From Lingula anatina (Eukaryota; Animalia; Brachiopoda), in assembly GCA_051362555.1 (NCBI GenBank), contig CM120648.1:8180587-8244586 (forward strand): a DNA stretch of 64,000 nucleotides, in the 5' to 3' direction. This document shows, in pieces, positions 13,960 to 26,500 of this stretch (positions within the stretch are counted from its first letter, which is position 1; each line of letters begins with the position of its first letter). The notes below the pieces were generated by a model. The model did no database searches. It had not been told where the DNA came from and saw only the letters and a program-made list of their open reading frames with translations. The translations under genes were made by a program, and so were the position numbers.

Positions 13960-14640
13960 CGACTAATATTCATTTCGGATCTAAATCTGGACTTAGTACT
14001 GATCATGTTTTCTGCTACAACGATTGATTAATAAGAAGCAGTATTGTGCGCTTATAGACTACAAATCCGCTTTCGATTTAAAATGATAAGCCGGGTCTTT
14101 GGGAAAAATAATTAAACTCGGTGTGCAAGGGAAATGATACAAGCCGTCTTTATAGCGGTGTTAAATCTTGTGTTAAGTATGAAGGCAACTATCAAAATAC
14201 TTCCAAATATATACAGATCTTGTACAAGGAGAGGCCATGTTCACTCTATTTTAGCCTTTATATGTAAATGATTATGAAACTCTTTGTTTATCGAAATTTT
14301 GTGACTGTGTAGAAGACATCTCTTCTTATTTGCGTATGCTGACGATAATGTACCCTACTTTTTTCAAAAACTCCTCAAGGTTAACAAAAAACTAATAGTT
14401 ACCCTACAGAAATACTCACATTGGAAATTTACAGTGGATATAGTAAAAACAAAAAGAATATATGGTAACTATAGTGTGGTTAAGGGCTGTTTAATAAAGG
14501 CTGATGAAACATGGACGTATAACGATTTTGAAAGGGTGAATAGGTTCAGTAACCTTGGTTTATCGGTAAGTTTTGTTAAAAACATATTGCAAAGCATTTT
14601 AAACTATGCATCGGAAATATGGGAGGAGATTACGTGAATA
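13960..14640 (+). pseudogene. Degenerate non-LTR retrotransposon (LINE) reverse transcriptase fragment
   Basis: Frameshifted remnants of RT motifs in the correct order: YCALIDYKSAFD, KLGVQGKM, VKSCVK, VQGE, LYVND, YADD. Confidence 0.75.
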
Positions 14641-14880
14641 AGGAAAATAATGTTGATTTTCTGAAAAAACACGGAACGATTTTATAACTTTGAACAAATC
14701 CCATGCGATTAAAATCCCGAAAATCGGAGATTTTCCTGCCAATATCACTTTGAATAAGCAAAAGTTTGTCAGCAAAGGGTCAAGAAATCATAATGATAAC
14801 TGAAGCAGTCTTGAGCAAAAAGGTTCATTAGCTTGGTTGTTGGATAAATATGAAAATTCTCAGACACAAGCCTAAAATTT

Positions 14881-14938
14881 TCCGTACCGTTAGCTTACGG
14901 CCAACCTGGTCGAAGGCCTTCATCAGACTGACGTGAGT
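14881..14938 (-). ncRNA. Minimal type I hammerhead-ribozyme-like motif in the PLE 3' pLTR
   Basis: Minus strand reads CUGAUGA-A-GGCC(loop)GGCC-GUAA-GCUA, with the core GAAA replaced by GUAA. Hammerheads in PLE pLTRs are established knowledge. Confidence 0.6.
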
Positions 14939-14950
14939 AGTTGTTCACAC

Positions 14951-16615
14951 TCACTGACCGCTAGATGGTATAGCGGCCAGGACCCTCTTATAAATGTCAG
15001 GTAGATCAACCCCCCCGTCCCTATTCATGGGTGGCTGGTGTCGGCTGATGTGGATAGCCTCTCGTATTTTTCGCGGGATGTCGGATGATTCAGATTCAAG
15101 AATCTTAGTTGAATTCCAATCTATACTGTGGCCGGTGTCTATTACATGTTCAGAAATGGCAGAGCTGGTATTGCCTACAGTCACTGATTTCTTGTGTTCA
15201 CTCACCCTGATCTTCAACTGTCTACCTGTCTCACCAATGTAAAAGGAATTACAGTCATGGCAATTGATCCTGTATATTGTCCCACAACGGTGATCTTGGG
15301 GGGTTTTGTCCTTTGGTGCCACTAGGTGTTGTTTCAATGTGCACTGAGGTCTAAAAGCTGTGTTGACACTGTGCTTCTTGTAGATCCTGCACACTTTCTC
15401 TGAAATTCCTTTACAATAAGGGAGGATCACTAGCTGTTTTTTTCCGACTGTATCTGTTGGCTCACAGTTAGTTACTGCTGTCTTATCCTGGCGAAGTTTG
15501 GTCTTTAGAGCCCAAGGTGGGTAACCACACATCAAGAGAGCCTCATCTAGTGTCTTGTTCTCCAAGGTCTTGTCTTCCTCATTAGTCACGATCGTGTTGC
15601 ACCTGTGTTTTAGAGTTCTTACTACCCCCAGTTTCTGATGTAATGGGTGGTGCGACTGGAAGTTTAGGTATTGGTTGGTATGAGTGGCCTTCCTGTAGAC
15701 TTTCAGACTCAGGTGGCCGTCGTTTTCACGTGTGATCAATGAATCCAGGAAAGCAATAGAATTGTTATCCTCTAGCTCTCTAGTGAACTTGATGTTACGG
15801 TCTTGGCTGTTGATAAAATCGGTGATAGCAGTTATGTGGTCTCTGTGGCAGATGGTGAACGTGTCGTCTACATATCTCAACCAAAGACGTGGAGGATTGG
15901 GCATGGATCCCAGTGCGGCTTCCTCAAAGTTCTCCATATACAGATTAGCCACGATCGGACTGATTGGACTGCCCATGGCTGCTCCATGTTTCTGTTTATG
16001 GAATTCACCCTTATAGATAAAATATGTGGTGTTCAATACAATGTCTAATAGCTCTGTGATGTCCTCTACTGATAGATTAGTACGTCCATTGAGGGTGGGA
16101 TCTAGCGTAAGTCTGGAACTAATCACTTTAAGAGCATCATCCACCGGTACACTAGTAAAAAGTGCACTCACATCATATGAAACTAGTGCTTCATGTGGTC
16201 CCAGAATGATATCCTTCACTTTATCAACAAAGTCCTTCGAGTTCAATACATGATGGCATGATTTACCTACTAGTGGGTTTAAGATTTTGGCTAGGAACTT
16301 TGCTGTCTGGTAGGTGATAGATCCAATACTTGACACTATAGGCCTTAAGGGTGTACCCTCTTTATGAATCTTAGGAAGACCGTACAGCTTAGGTGGTGTT
16401 TCCGCAGTAGGGTATAGTTGAGCATATTGAGACCTAGATAGCTTCCCTTCTTTCTGTAGCCGTAGTAAACACTTAGTTAACTTACGTTTATAAGCTGCAG
16501 TTGGATCACGCTTTAGTTTCTCATAGGTGTTGTCATCATTCAGCAATTGTTGTATCTTGTGTTCATAGTCTGTCCTATTTAGAACCACTGTTGCTCGTCC
16601 TTTATCAGCAGCCAA
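14951..16615 (-). CDS. Penelope-like RT and GIY-YIG endonuclease ORF (N-terminally truncated, no ATG start)
   Basis: Motifs ADKG, LYGLPKIHK..PLRPIVS, SYDVSALFTSVP, GAAMGSPISP, LRYVDDTF, VYRKATHT, and C-terminal GTIYRINCHDCNSFYIGETGR. Open for 554 codons. Confidence 0.93.
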   Translation of the reverse strand: MAADKGRATVVLNRTDYEHKIQQLLNDDNTYEKLKRDPTAAYKRKLTKCLLRLQKEGKLSRSQYAQLYPTAETPPKLYGLPKIHKEGTPLRPIVSSIGSITYQTAKFLAKILNPLVGKSCHHVLNSKDFVDKVKDIILGPHEALVSYDVSALFTSVPVDDALKVISSRLTLDPTLNGRTNLSVEDITELLDIVLNTTYFIYKGEFHKQKHGAAMGSPISPIVANLYMENFEEAALGSMPNPPRLWLRYVDDTFTICHRDHITAITDFINSQDRNIKFTRELEDNNSIAFLDSLITRENDGHLSLKVYRKATHTNQYLNFQSHHPLHQKLGVVRTLKHRCNTIVTNEEDKTLENKTLDEALLMCGYPPWALKTKLRQDKTAVTNCEPTDTVGKKQLVILPYCKGISEKVCRIYKKHSVNTAFRPQCTLKQHLVAPKDKTPQDHRCGTIYRINCHDCNSFYIGETGRQLKIRVSEHKKSVTVGNTSSAISEHVIDTGHSIDWNSTKILESESSDIPRKIREAIHISRHQPPMNRDGGVDLPDIYKRVLAAIPSSGQ

Positions 16616-16621
16616 GATCAG

Positions 16622-16679
16622 CTCACGTCAGTCTGATGAAGGCCTTCGACCAGGTTGGCCGTAAGCTAACGGTACGGAA
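16622..16679 (+). ncRNA. Hammerhead-like motif in the inverted 5' pLTR copy
   Basis: Exact inverted copy of 14880-14938: CTCACGTCAGTCTGATGAAGGCCTTCGACCAGGTTGGCCGTAAGCTAACGGTACGGAA. Confidence 0.6.
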
Positions 16680-16747
16680 GCAGTCTTGTTTTTTCACAGA
16701 CGCGCTTTGAATTTGTTTTATTTTCAGTGTATAAATATTATAAAATA

Positions 16748-16920
16748 CAGGGCCATAGCCAGTTAATTTAAAGGGGAGGGGCATGGCGAGGGGGGGGGTG
16801 TCTTTTTCTGAAAAAGACGACCTTTTGCCATGAAATCTTATGGAAATCTTCATCGAGTTTTTACCCAGAACGGACTTTTTCCCGGCCCCCCCCCCCTCCT
16901 CCTTTCCAACTACGGGCCTG
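16748..16920. mobile_element. Degenerate MITE family A copy
   Basis: CAGGGCCATAGCCAG...CTACGGGCCTG ends and internal similarity to 17989-18156. No clear TSD. Confidence 0.65.
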
Positions 16921-17121
16921 AATTTTTTATCTGGGAAACCTTTTTACTGCGAAACCTAGCTAGGCCTACATGTGCTTTGCTTTTATTTTATTTGTTTTTT
17001 TCATAAAGGAAAAGTAAATAGATCAAAGTTAATTTGACAGACTTTATACCAATATTATATAGCACTTTTTCTGAAAAAGTGGACCTAGATCGATTTTTAC
17101 CCACAGCAGTCCTTTTACAGG

Positions 17122-17267
17122 TGTGACAGGAATGGTAGTCGTAGGAATAGAAGTCCTATACGCTTAGTACAGGTTAGGGTTAGTTGGAGTAATTAGGGTT
17201 AGTATATGGGACGCATGTAACCTGGGAAACGGGCATCGGTTCCTAGCGGACTTTTATTCCTGTTACA
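17122..17267. mobile_element. Ginger-like MITE upstream of MSH6
   Basis: TGTGACAGGAAT...ATTCCTGTTACA termini, flanks CAGG/CCGG, and internal TTAGGGTTAG motifs as in 8238-8590. Confidence 0.6.
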
Positions 17268-17301
17268 CCGGGCCACTTTACGGAACTAATCGTGTAGCCA
17301 C

Positions 17302-17312
17302 TTCGCGCCAAA
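17302..17312 (-). promoter_or_regulatory. E2F consensus site upstream of MSH6
   Basis: TTTGGCGCGAA on the minus strand ~280 bp upstream of the ATG. A CHR-like TTTGAA lies at 17542-17547. Confidence 0.5.
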
Positions 17313-17589
17313 TAATAACAAATAGGTCAAACCCCAGGTCACTGGTATAGACTCGTCTATAATTAAAGAGCTGCATGTAAAATCAACGTGCAATATCGAA
17401 CGAAAAACAAAAAAACTTTCACATGTTGGATCAAAGAACGAAAAATGTAAATAAAAGATAGTTTGTTAAACGTAATAAAAGGATATGTGCAACAAAAATA
17501 GAGATAGATTAACGCAGGCACAGGTGCTGCTATCCCCTACATTTGAACGAGTTCATTAGGCTCCATGTGCGGCGGCTTTAATCCCAGTG

Positions 17590-20500
17590 ATGTCGAAAGC
17601 GCAGAACTCGATCCTTTCCTACTTTAGCAAGACACCAAAGTCCGAAAAAACACAGAACAAGGAAAAGAATGTCCTGACACCGAAACAGACGCGATCCTCG
17701 CCAAATAAGTCGGGAAGTCAGGGGGACAAGAAGGAGAAAGCAACTGGGAAAGTGGGTCAGTGTCACTGTCACAGAGTCAACGTAAACATGGAGTACTGTA
17801 CCCATAACTTTATTATGGCCAAGGTTTAATGATAAGCATATATATGTACTATCACCAGAACTTGTGTTAACTGTTTTTAAACCAAAGTTCTCGTCGGTGC
17901 TTGGGAGACGTCGATATGTTAACAAAACTTGATTGACATGTACTGTACCATCTACCATGCAGGGCCGCTAGCTGTTATTAATTATTATCAGGCCCGTAGC
18001 CAGCAATTTCAAAAGGGGGGTTCTTTTTCTGAAAAAGTGGACCTTTTCCCATAAAAACATAATATACCTAGTTCAATTTTTACCCAGAGTGGACCTTTTC
18101 CCAGCAAAAGGGGCGGTTCTTTCGAACCCCCCGAACCCCCCCTGGCTACGGGCCTGATTATGTTGACATTTTCTCTGAGGCGACAGTACGGAGAATGACC
18201 GTCAGTTTAATCAGAGATATATCTGTGAATATATAGTGAAAAATCAATCCGTGGCCCTGGAAGAGGGTAATGGCCATGAATCAAGGAATCATGTACAGTA
18301 TTTTCTGGGTCGGAGAAATGAAGGGGGGGGGGGGGGAGGGAAAGGCAGTCGCACTTACATGTTAATAATAATTAATATTAATACTATGTTCCTAATTATG
18401 TTCCTAATGGTGTCCGGTGAGTCTAGATCAGACTTGCTATGATATTTAATAAATAAATTATGATATTTTGATTGCAGCACCAGGAGATGTGGTCTGGGCT
18501 AAGCTGGAGGGGTATCCGTGGTGGCCCAGTTTGGTCTGTAACCACCCTACCTTGCACACCTGTACCAGGACCAAGGGAAGAAACACGGACGTACATGTGC
18601 AGTTCTTCGACAACCCGCCTTCCAGAGCCTGGGTGAAGGAGAAGTGAGTCAAGACTCATTTGTAGGGTTGTTTTATGTGTCAGGTCTTTCTCCTGACAAA
18701 CACCTAACATTTGGAAAACATTTCCAAAATGTTGTCACCATAATGTGTTTGCAAAACTTTTTAATAATATTATTAAAAACTTTTAAACATTTGCAAAATG
18801 TTGTCACTAAAACTTTTTATGCACAATGTTTAACAATATTATTAAAACATTTCACATTAATGTTTTTAAAACATTTTGGTGAAAATGTTAACATTTTCTA
18901 AAAGATTTTTCAAATAACAACGTTTTCAGATAGCATTTCCAAAATGTTACCAAACTGTCTTTTAATATATTTCTATTCTAACAGATATGTGAAACCATTC
19001 ACTGGCTCGGACAGCGCTGATTTCCAGCGTGGTGGACAGTTCTTCAGTGCGGACCCCCAGTGTCGCAAGGGAGCCACTGAGGCAGACAAAGCTGCTGCGT
19101 CTAGTGTTGCGGACAGACTGAAATTGGTTGTGGACTTACAGCCATCATCTGATGAGGAGGAGGAGGAGGGGACAAAGATTGATGATATTGATTGGGATGG
19201 TGAGTTTGGAAGACACAAGAGCCTTATTATTGGAGCTGTGATTTCATTTGAAATTTATAAGCATTTTATCATTTAGTAGTAGAATTATAAAAGCAAGAAA
19301 AGATTGTGAGACATATTTTCACATGAGAGATTTTTTAAGTGAATAAGTAAAAAAAAATTGTCATGACAGAGAAAATACATATTTCTTTTTATTTAGATGA
19401 AATATTTGACAACGAGGCAGACAATAGTAAAGAAAATCATGAAGAAGAAGAAGTTGGTGCAGAGACAAAAAGTAACAAAAAGGTAAATTAGATTATGAAA
19501 ATCCAAGTGTTTTTTTTTCACATTTTGAAAAGTATAATTTTCACATGTTCCTTGTTTTGAGTTTTGATAAGGTTTAAATTTCCACTTGGAAATTGGATAT
19601 TGACTTTGAGTTAAATCAAGGAATTTTAAAACTCCTTGATTGAATCAACTTAAAGTGATGCTTACATTCAAACTTATACAATAATGGTTTCTCTGTGACT
19701 TGTGTAATGTGAATTGTTTATGAAACTGTTGAATGTGTCATTATTTTACAGTGTTAGATTTTAGTATAAAAGTTGATTTCAGTTGCTTATTGTAAAAGAA
19801 AAAAATTCTGTGGTTTCTGAGAAAGGATTTCTCTCCAGAAAACTCCCCAAAAACCCACCCCAAAGAAAAATGGCCGCCCATCCAGAGGCAGTAAGGCCAA
19901 GAGAAGGAGGATAAGATTACCAAGTGATGACAGTGAGGATTCGGGTACGGGCAGAAATTTTCTCCACTAAAAGATATTATATTATAGCTAGCCTAAATAT
20001 ATGTTTTCAATTCTTTTGAAAGTGCAAGCTAAATATAGATAAGTTAGCTGTAAAATAAATAATGTAGTATAAAAAAATGTGTCCATATTTGTGAGAATTA
20101 ACATTTTTTATGTACAGACACAGATGTGTCTGTACATATTGCCATCACCTGCGTCTGTCGTCGCCGTCGTCGCCGTCGCCGATGCCGATGCCGGTGCCGT
20201 GCACTTTCAGCGTTAACACGATAAGTGGAAGAAAGTTTTACTTTTTGGCTTTATATTTACAGAGCTGATGAATATTCATAAAACCCAGGTCAAGTTCGAA
20301 AATCAGCATGATCGAGCCATTATTGTAGAAGTTATGCTGTTTTTTCACTTTTCAGCATATATACAACACTGTTAACACATTTCAAGGAAAACCGATAGGC
20401 CTGTTGTCATGAAACTCACAGGAGCAATCAATCTTACTAAAACGCAGGTCAAGTTCGAAAATCGGCACGATCGGGCCACTATTTTAGTAGTTATGCTGTT

Positions 20501-23500
20501 TTTTCACTTTTTAGCATATATGCAACACTGTAAACACAATATAAGAAAAACAGATAGGCCAATTGTCATTTAAACTCACAGGAGTGGTTAATCTTACTAA
20601 AATGCAGGTTGAGTTTGAAAATTAGCATAATTGGGCCATTATTTTAGAAGTTATGCTGTTTTTTCACATTTCCTTAGATTCAGTTCTAAGGCATGTTAAC
20701 AGTTTCATTATTTAATTAATAAGAAATGTAAAAGTGTTTGTTTGACATTTTCTGCATCTTTACAACATTGTTAGTTGATTTCGTAAAAATGATGGTAAAC
20801 TTGTTCTGGTGTATTGTGTAATAAAGTGTCAAAAATGGAATTAAACTCATATCATTGCAGTTTGTCAGATTCAATTATTCAGTATGTTTAGAAACTCAGA
20901 ATGGAAGAAATTGGACATTTAACACTATTCTATTAATATTTTTCCCATCTCATCAATTTTCTTAGTTGATCATATATAAATGGCAGTAAATTGTTAATTT
21001 TGTTATATGTTAAAAAATTGTTAAAAATGGAAAAAAAACATTTCAGGACAGTGCTGTCTTGTCTACATTTTGGCATATTCAAGGTGTGACTTTGAAGTTC
21101 CTTGGGCCTGAAGACCTTTGCTAGGAACATTTTCTGAATATCCATGATACTAATATTTTATTATTAAAAATTGATGGTAATTATCCTGTTAAACATTATG
21201 TAATATTGCAACAAAATTTGAAGACACCCCTATTTTGGACACTGCTCCCATGATGACCATTTAAGGAAAACCATGTCACTTACTGTTCTCAAACTTACAG
21301 GAAGAAACAAGGGACTTAAATAAAGCTTCAGTGGGCAATGCAGTCTATTTGGTAAATTTTTTTGGCAGTTAATCAGTTTTTTGTGAAAATTTAATTTTTC
21401 ACATATTGGCATTTTCAAGGTGTGACTTAGAACCTCCACGGGCTTGAAGACCCATGCTAGTCATATTTTCTGAAAATCCACGATACGTATATTTTATTAT
21501 GAGGCCACCTGCGTCTGTCGTCGCCGTCGCCAATCATGTTGCCGTCACCGTCGCTGTGCACTTTCAGCGTTAACACCGTAAGTGGAAGATAGTTTTACTT
21601 TTTGGCTTTATATTTACAGAGCTGATGAGTATTCATAAAATGCAGGTTAAGTTCGAAAATAAGCATGATCGGGCCATTATTTTATAAGTTGTGCAGTTTT
21701 TTCACGTTTCCTCAGATTCAATTCTTAGGCATGTTAACAGTCTCATTATTTAACTAATAAGATTCGTAAAAGTGTTTGTTTGACATTTCCTGCATCTTTA
21801 CAACATTGTTAGTTGATTATGTAAAAATGATGGTAAACTTCTTATTTTAGTAGTTATGCTGTTTTTTACACTTTTCAGCATATATGCAACACTGTAAACA
21901 CAATATAAGAAAAACAGATGGGCCAATTGTCATGAAAGTCATAGGAGTGGTCAGTTTTGCTAAAATTCATGTTGATTTCGTAAACCAGCATAATCGTGCC
22001 AATATTTTTGAAGGTATTCTGTTTTTTCGCATTTCCTCAGATTCATTTCTTAGGCATGTTAACAGTCTCATTATTAAACTAATAAGATACGTAAAAGCGT
22101 TTGTTTGACATTTCCTGCATCTTTACAACATTGTTAGTTGATTTAGTAAAAATGATGGTAAACTTGTTATCATGTATTGTGTAAAAAAGTGTCAAAAATG
22201 GAAATAAACTCATATCATTGCAGTTTGTCAGATTTAATCATTCACTATGTTCAGAATCTCAGAATGGAGGAAATTGGACATTTAAGACTGTTCTATTGAT
22301 ATTTTTCCCATCTCATCAATTTTCTTAGTTGATCATATAAAAATGGCAGTAAACTGTTAATTTTGTTTTATGTTAAAAAATTGTTAAAAATGGGGAAAAA
22401 AACATTTCAGAACCGTGCTGTCTTGTCTTTATTTCCACGTAAGCAGTTGTATTGTTTTTTATGTCTTTAAACATTATGTAATATTATTTTATGCACTGTC
22501 ATCATTTTTCAAAAATTGAGACTTTCATCATGTGAATTTGAACTCTCATGATCCTGAAACTGTAATCTTATTGAAGAGGTGGATTGAGACCATCTTCTGG
22601 GTCTTCCGGAAGACGGTCAGGTTATTAAGTTTATATTGACTGGTATCTATTTTTTTCTGTTGGAAGACCATAAAAATGGGGGATGAATCAACATAGATAC
22701 TTTGGAATACTATCAGAAAATATCTCTGGGTTCGCTCCTGTTATTGACCATGGTACCTGTTGTGCATGATTAGAATTCAGTGTTGACTGACAGTGCTATT
22801 ATAAGCAGTATTTATTATTGCATCAAAATTGACAAAATGACCTATTTTGCATCTTTATTTTCTGTTTTTTGTCTGTACATTTGACAGCTTTGCTGCCTTG
22901 TTTATGATTTTTGACAATAACACTTGTTCAGTGTTGTCTGTAGTGAAGTGCCTTAGGTTCCATGAATTTCACATTTTTCTTTTATCAGGGGATGAATACA
23001 AACCAGCTAAATCAGAGAATGAGAGTGAGTCTGAAGATAGTGCAGGAAGTGGTGTGGATGAGGCAGATATCTCTGAACCCGAGACGGAATCAGATACTGG
23101 AACTCCAGTTAAGGTAGTGTGTGCCAGGTTCTTATGATCCCTTTCACACCTTGCAATATGTTGGGGTCGATCTAACTGACATTTATAAGAGGGTCCTGTC
23201 TGCTATACCACCTAGCTGTCAGTGAGTGTCAATGTCTACTTATATCAGTCTGATGAAGGCCTTCGCCCATGTTGGCCATAAGCTTACAGTATGAAAATAT
23301 TTCGGCGTGTGTTTGATAATTTTCACTTATGCTGCAATATACAGTATGTATTTGTATTGCAACAATTTGCCTGGTCCAAACAGGTACTGGTACATTACTC
23401 GGGGAGGGGTGGGGTGGGGTGGGTTGCTTCCTTTCATTTTCTTTCACAAGTTCACTTACTACTATTTGAGAGTATCAAAATTTTTCAAAGTAACTGGATA

Positions 23501-26500
23501 TGTCTTGTCTGGGGGTTCTGTTTGATGAGGCTGTTATGTAATGCCCGGGCTAGCCTTTTGAGTTGTTGATCTCTCAAAATGTTGAGATACAAATTCTTAA
23601 GCCACACAGTGTAAAAAGGAGTTAGGATTTTCCTGCAACTGCTGTGTCTGCAGATTGGTACCTGGTCCCAATTTCACAAAAAAAAAACAACAAAAAAAAA
23701 ATAAATAAATAAAATAATAATAATAAATATAATAAATAAAATAATAATAATAATAATAATTAATAAAAAATTAGTTGACTGGGATTTCCATGTGATTGCT
23801 GTTGCACTGCTTTTGATAGGGTAAGATGTAACCACGTAACTTGGTAATTAAGTTCTTGGCCCGGGAACCCGACTTAAGTTTTTTGTGAAACTGGGGCCAG
23901 GCCAAAGCCTTGTTCCATTTAAACAACAATAACATACTTGTATACAATGGTGTTAGGTGACAAATGATCCTCAGTCAAAATGCAGTAGCTTGAGATTTAC
24001 TTGTATGATACAGGCAATTTTAAAAAATAAGTTAGAAGATAGTTTTTGAAGTAGAGTAGACAAATTGATTGGGTTTCTGAACTTGACTGTGAATTTGATG
24101 TTAAGACTCTTTGCGTTGCTCTATCCAAACTGAAGTGGTATGTGACATGTGAATTCATATGAAAATACCCAAATTTTGTATATAATGCTTATAATATAAA
24201 TGATTTTAAATTTGTAAAAGTACCTTTAAAAAAATGGTCATTTTGAATTTATTTCTTGACTGTTAGGAAAATGCATTTTCATAAAACCACACTTCAAAAC
24301 TCTTGTTTTGGTGGTGCTATACATTGTAATTTGAACTTAAAATAATTTGATCTTTTTCAGAATTCAAGAAAAAGGAAAAGGGGCTCAGTTACTACATCTA
24401 AAACACCTGGGGTAGCAACAAAAGCTAAAGAAAACCTCAGCTCCTTTGCCAACACCACCCCCAGTTCCCCACTGAGTGGCGCATCCACCCCCCTCACCCC
24501 TCTCAGCAGGAGTTCCACCCCTCATACCCCTGTTAGTGTCAGTGACAAGACAAAGAGCAAGCTCATGGCATGGGCTGCCCCAGATACACCAGTGAGTAAA
24601 TGATGGTGCTTGTAACAGGTGCCGTTATCATGTAGATGTCATCACTTAATGCTTTATATGATTAATCTCTGCTTCACAAAATGAAAAAAAAATCAGAAAA
24701 AATAGTTTGAAGAAGAAGAAAAAAGGAAGAAAAAATAAATGTGCTTAGTCACAAATGTGAAAAAAAAAGCACAATTCTAAATTAATATCCATTTGTTAGG
24801 AAAATATCCATCTCCAATTTTTGAAGTTGATTATATTAACCAGTCATTTTTTCCTGTAATATTAATCTTAATTAAATGTACAAAAAGAGTCAACTTAAAA
24901 AGTTCAATTCACATATTTTTCATACTGTTTGAAAGAAAAGTAAAAATGAAAAATTTGACAGTGACAGACAAATTTTTTCATCTGCAGCCCGAGACGTCTG
25001 CCCCAGTCAGTGAAGATGGGACAGTATATATGCACTACACATTGGACTTCCTCAAACCAGAGAAAATCAAGTAATTAAACCTTATCATTTATTATTTATT
25101 TATAAAATCAAGCATGGAATTTTGCTCCAACTTTTAATGGAAACTATCTCCTTCTCTCAAGGGACCCCACCTGAGTTTGAATAAAAATGCAGTTGACAAA
25201 ATCTGCAGTTTTTTTTCAAACATTTTACACAAAGGCCAGTATCATGTTTGTTGATTTCATTTGAATGTGTTACATATAAATATATTTTAAGTTATCACAC
25301 CATTTTTCTCTTGCCTGAAAATTTAATTTTTTTTTTTTTGCCTACGTATTTGCTATTGAATGACGTGGAAAATATATAAGTTTCTTTCATATTGAGATAG
25401 AAAGTCATTAAAATATTTTTCTCAACCTTTCTCGGATATTGTTTTTTTTTCTTATTAACTGTTAAATTAATTTTGTTTACAGAGACATTGAAGGCAGAAG
25501 ACCAGATCACACAGAATATGACCCAAGGACACTCTATGTTCCTGACACTTTCAAAAAGAAGCTTACCCCAGTAAGTAAAACATAAAATGTGTCTGCTTTT
25601 GTGCTATTTTTATTTTCGTATTGGTTTGAAGTGTCAGCAGACAAAATTTAAATCTTTTATGATGATAAACCTGTTCGCTTATTTAAAAAAAAAGTGTTTC
25701 TTTGTTATTACTTATATTATTAGAAATTTAAGAACAATTTGGCATAGCTTTTCTAAGAAGGGTGTGGTGGCCCTGAAAAGGGCCATTTAAATGAAAGCCA
25801 GACTACATTTGAAGCTCTGACTCAGGAATGCACTGTCTAAACTGAGACCTCTGGATAGCTTCTGCCTCTTCAGAAACCCGCAGTGCATACTCATAGATCA
25901 TCTGCTTCACACCAAAGAGAGTGGTGATCTGCAGACGAAGGTTGTAGCGAGATGCAGGTCTGCTGGTCTTTGTAGCTCTCTGATAGCGTTCCTGGAGGCC
26001 CTTGATGTGATTCTCTAGCAACTGTAATTGGTTCAAAGCCTGGGTGAACTTGCCATGCATAATGATCAGTTGATCATTTACAAAGTCGAGATCTGGCAGA
26101 CAACCATCTTCAAACAAGCTGGAATCAGTGAACTGAAAATCATACGTGTCATCTTCTGAATCAAAGCTGTCATCCATCCACTGGTCACTGTCACTGTGAT
26201 CAAAACTGGTCTGGTTTTCCATTTTGGCAAACTGGAGAAAAGTGGAGAGCAACTGTCTTGTAGAGAGTTGAAACTCAAGTGATGTTCAGTCAGTGGTGGT
26301 CAGGTCTTTATATAGCCAGGGAATTTAGTCAGAAAATTTACAATTTTCTGGAAAAAATGGCTTCATTTTAGGTTTCAGGATTGAAGTTTGATGAATAGGA
26401 AGAAATGATTAAGAGGTCAGGTGACCTACCTTAATGAGGCCCAATTAAGATCAAAGAGTTTCATCACCTGTTGTCAGATCTTTTACCTGTTAAACCCATC

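Larger units (their letters stand above)
14814..16676 (-). mobile_element. Penelope-like retroelement, 5'-truncated, with inverted pseudo-LTR
   Basis: RT plus GIY-YIG ORF, ~58-bp inverted repeat (14880-14938 vs 16622-16679), and candidate 12-bp TSD GAAGCAGTCTTG at 14802-14813 and 16677-16688. Confidence 0.92.

Noticed and set aside
14994-16253. Plus-strand ORFs overlapping the Penelope ORF, and similar antisense ORFs over the GPCR, MSH6 and FReD exons
   Set aside because: They are antisense shadows of real coding frames.
17170-17202. TTAGGG motifs as an interstitial telomere
   Set aside because: Only a few scattered units, lying inside Ginger-like MITEs.
20280-20670. Regularly spaced repeats as a CRISPR-like array
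   Set aside because: Eukaryotic context, and whole 160-bp units are repeated with no unique spacers.
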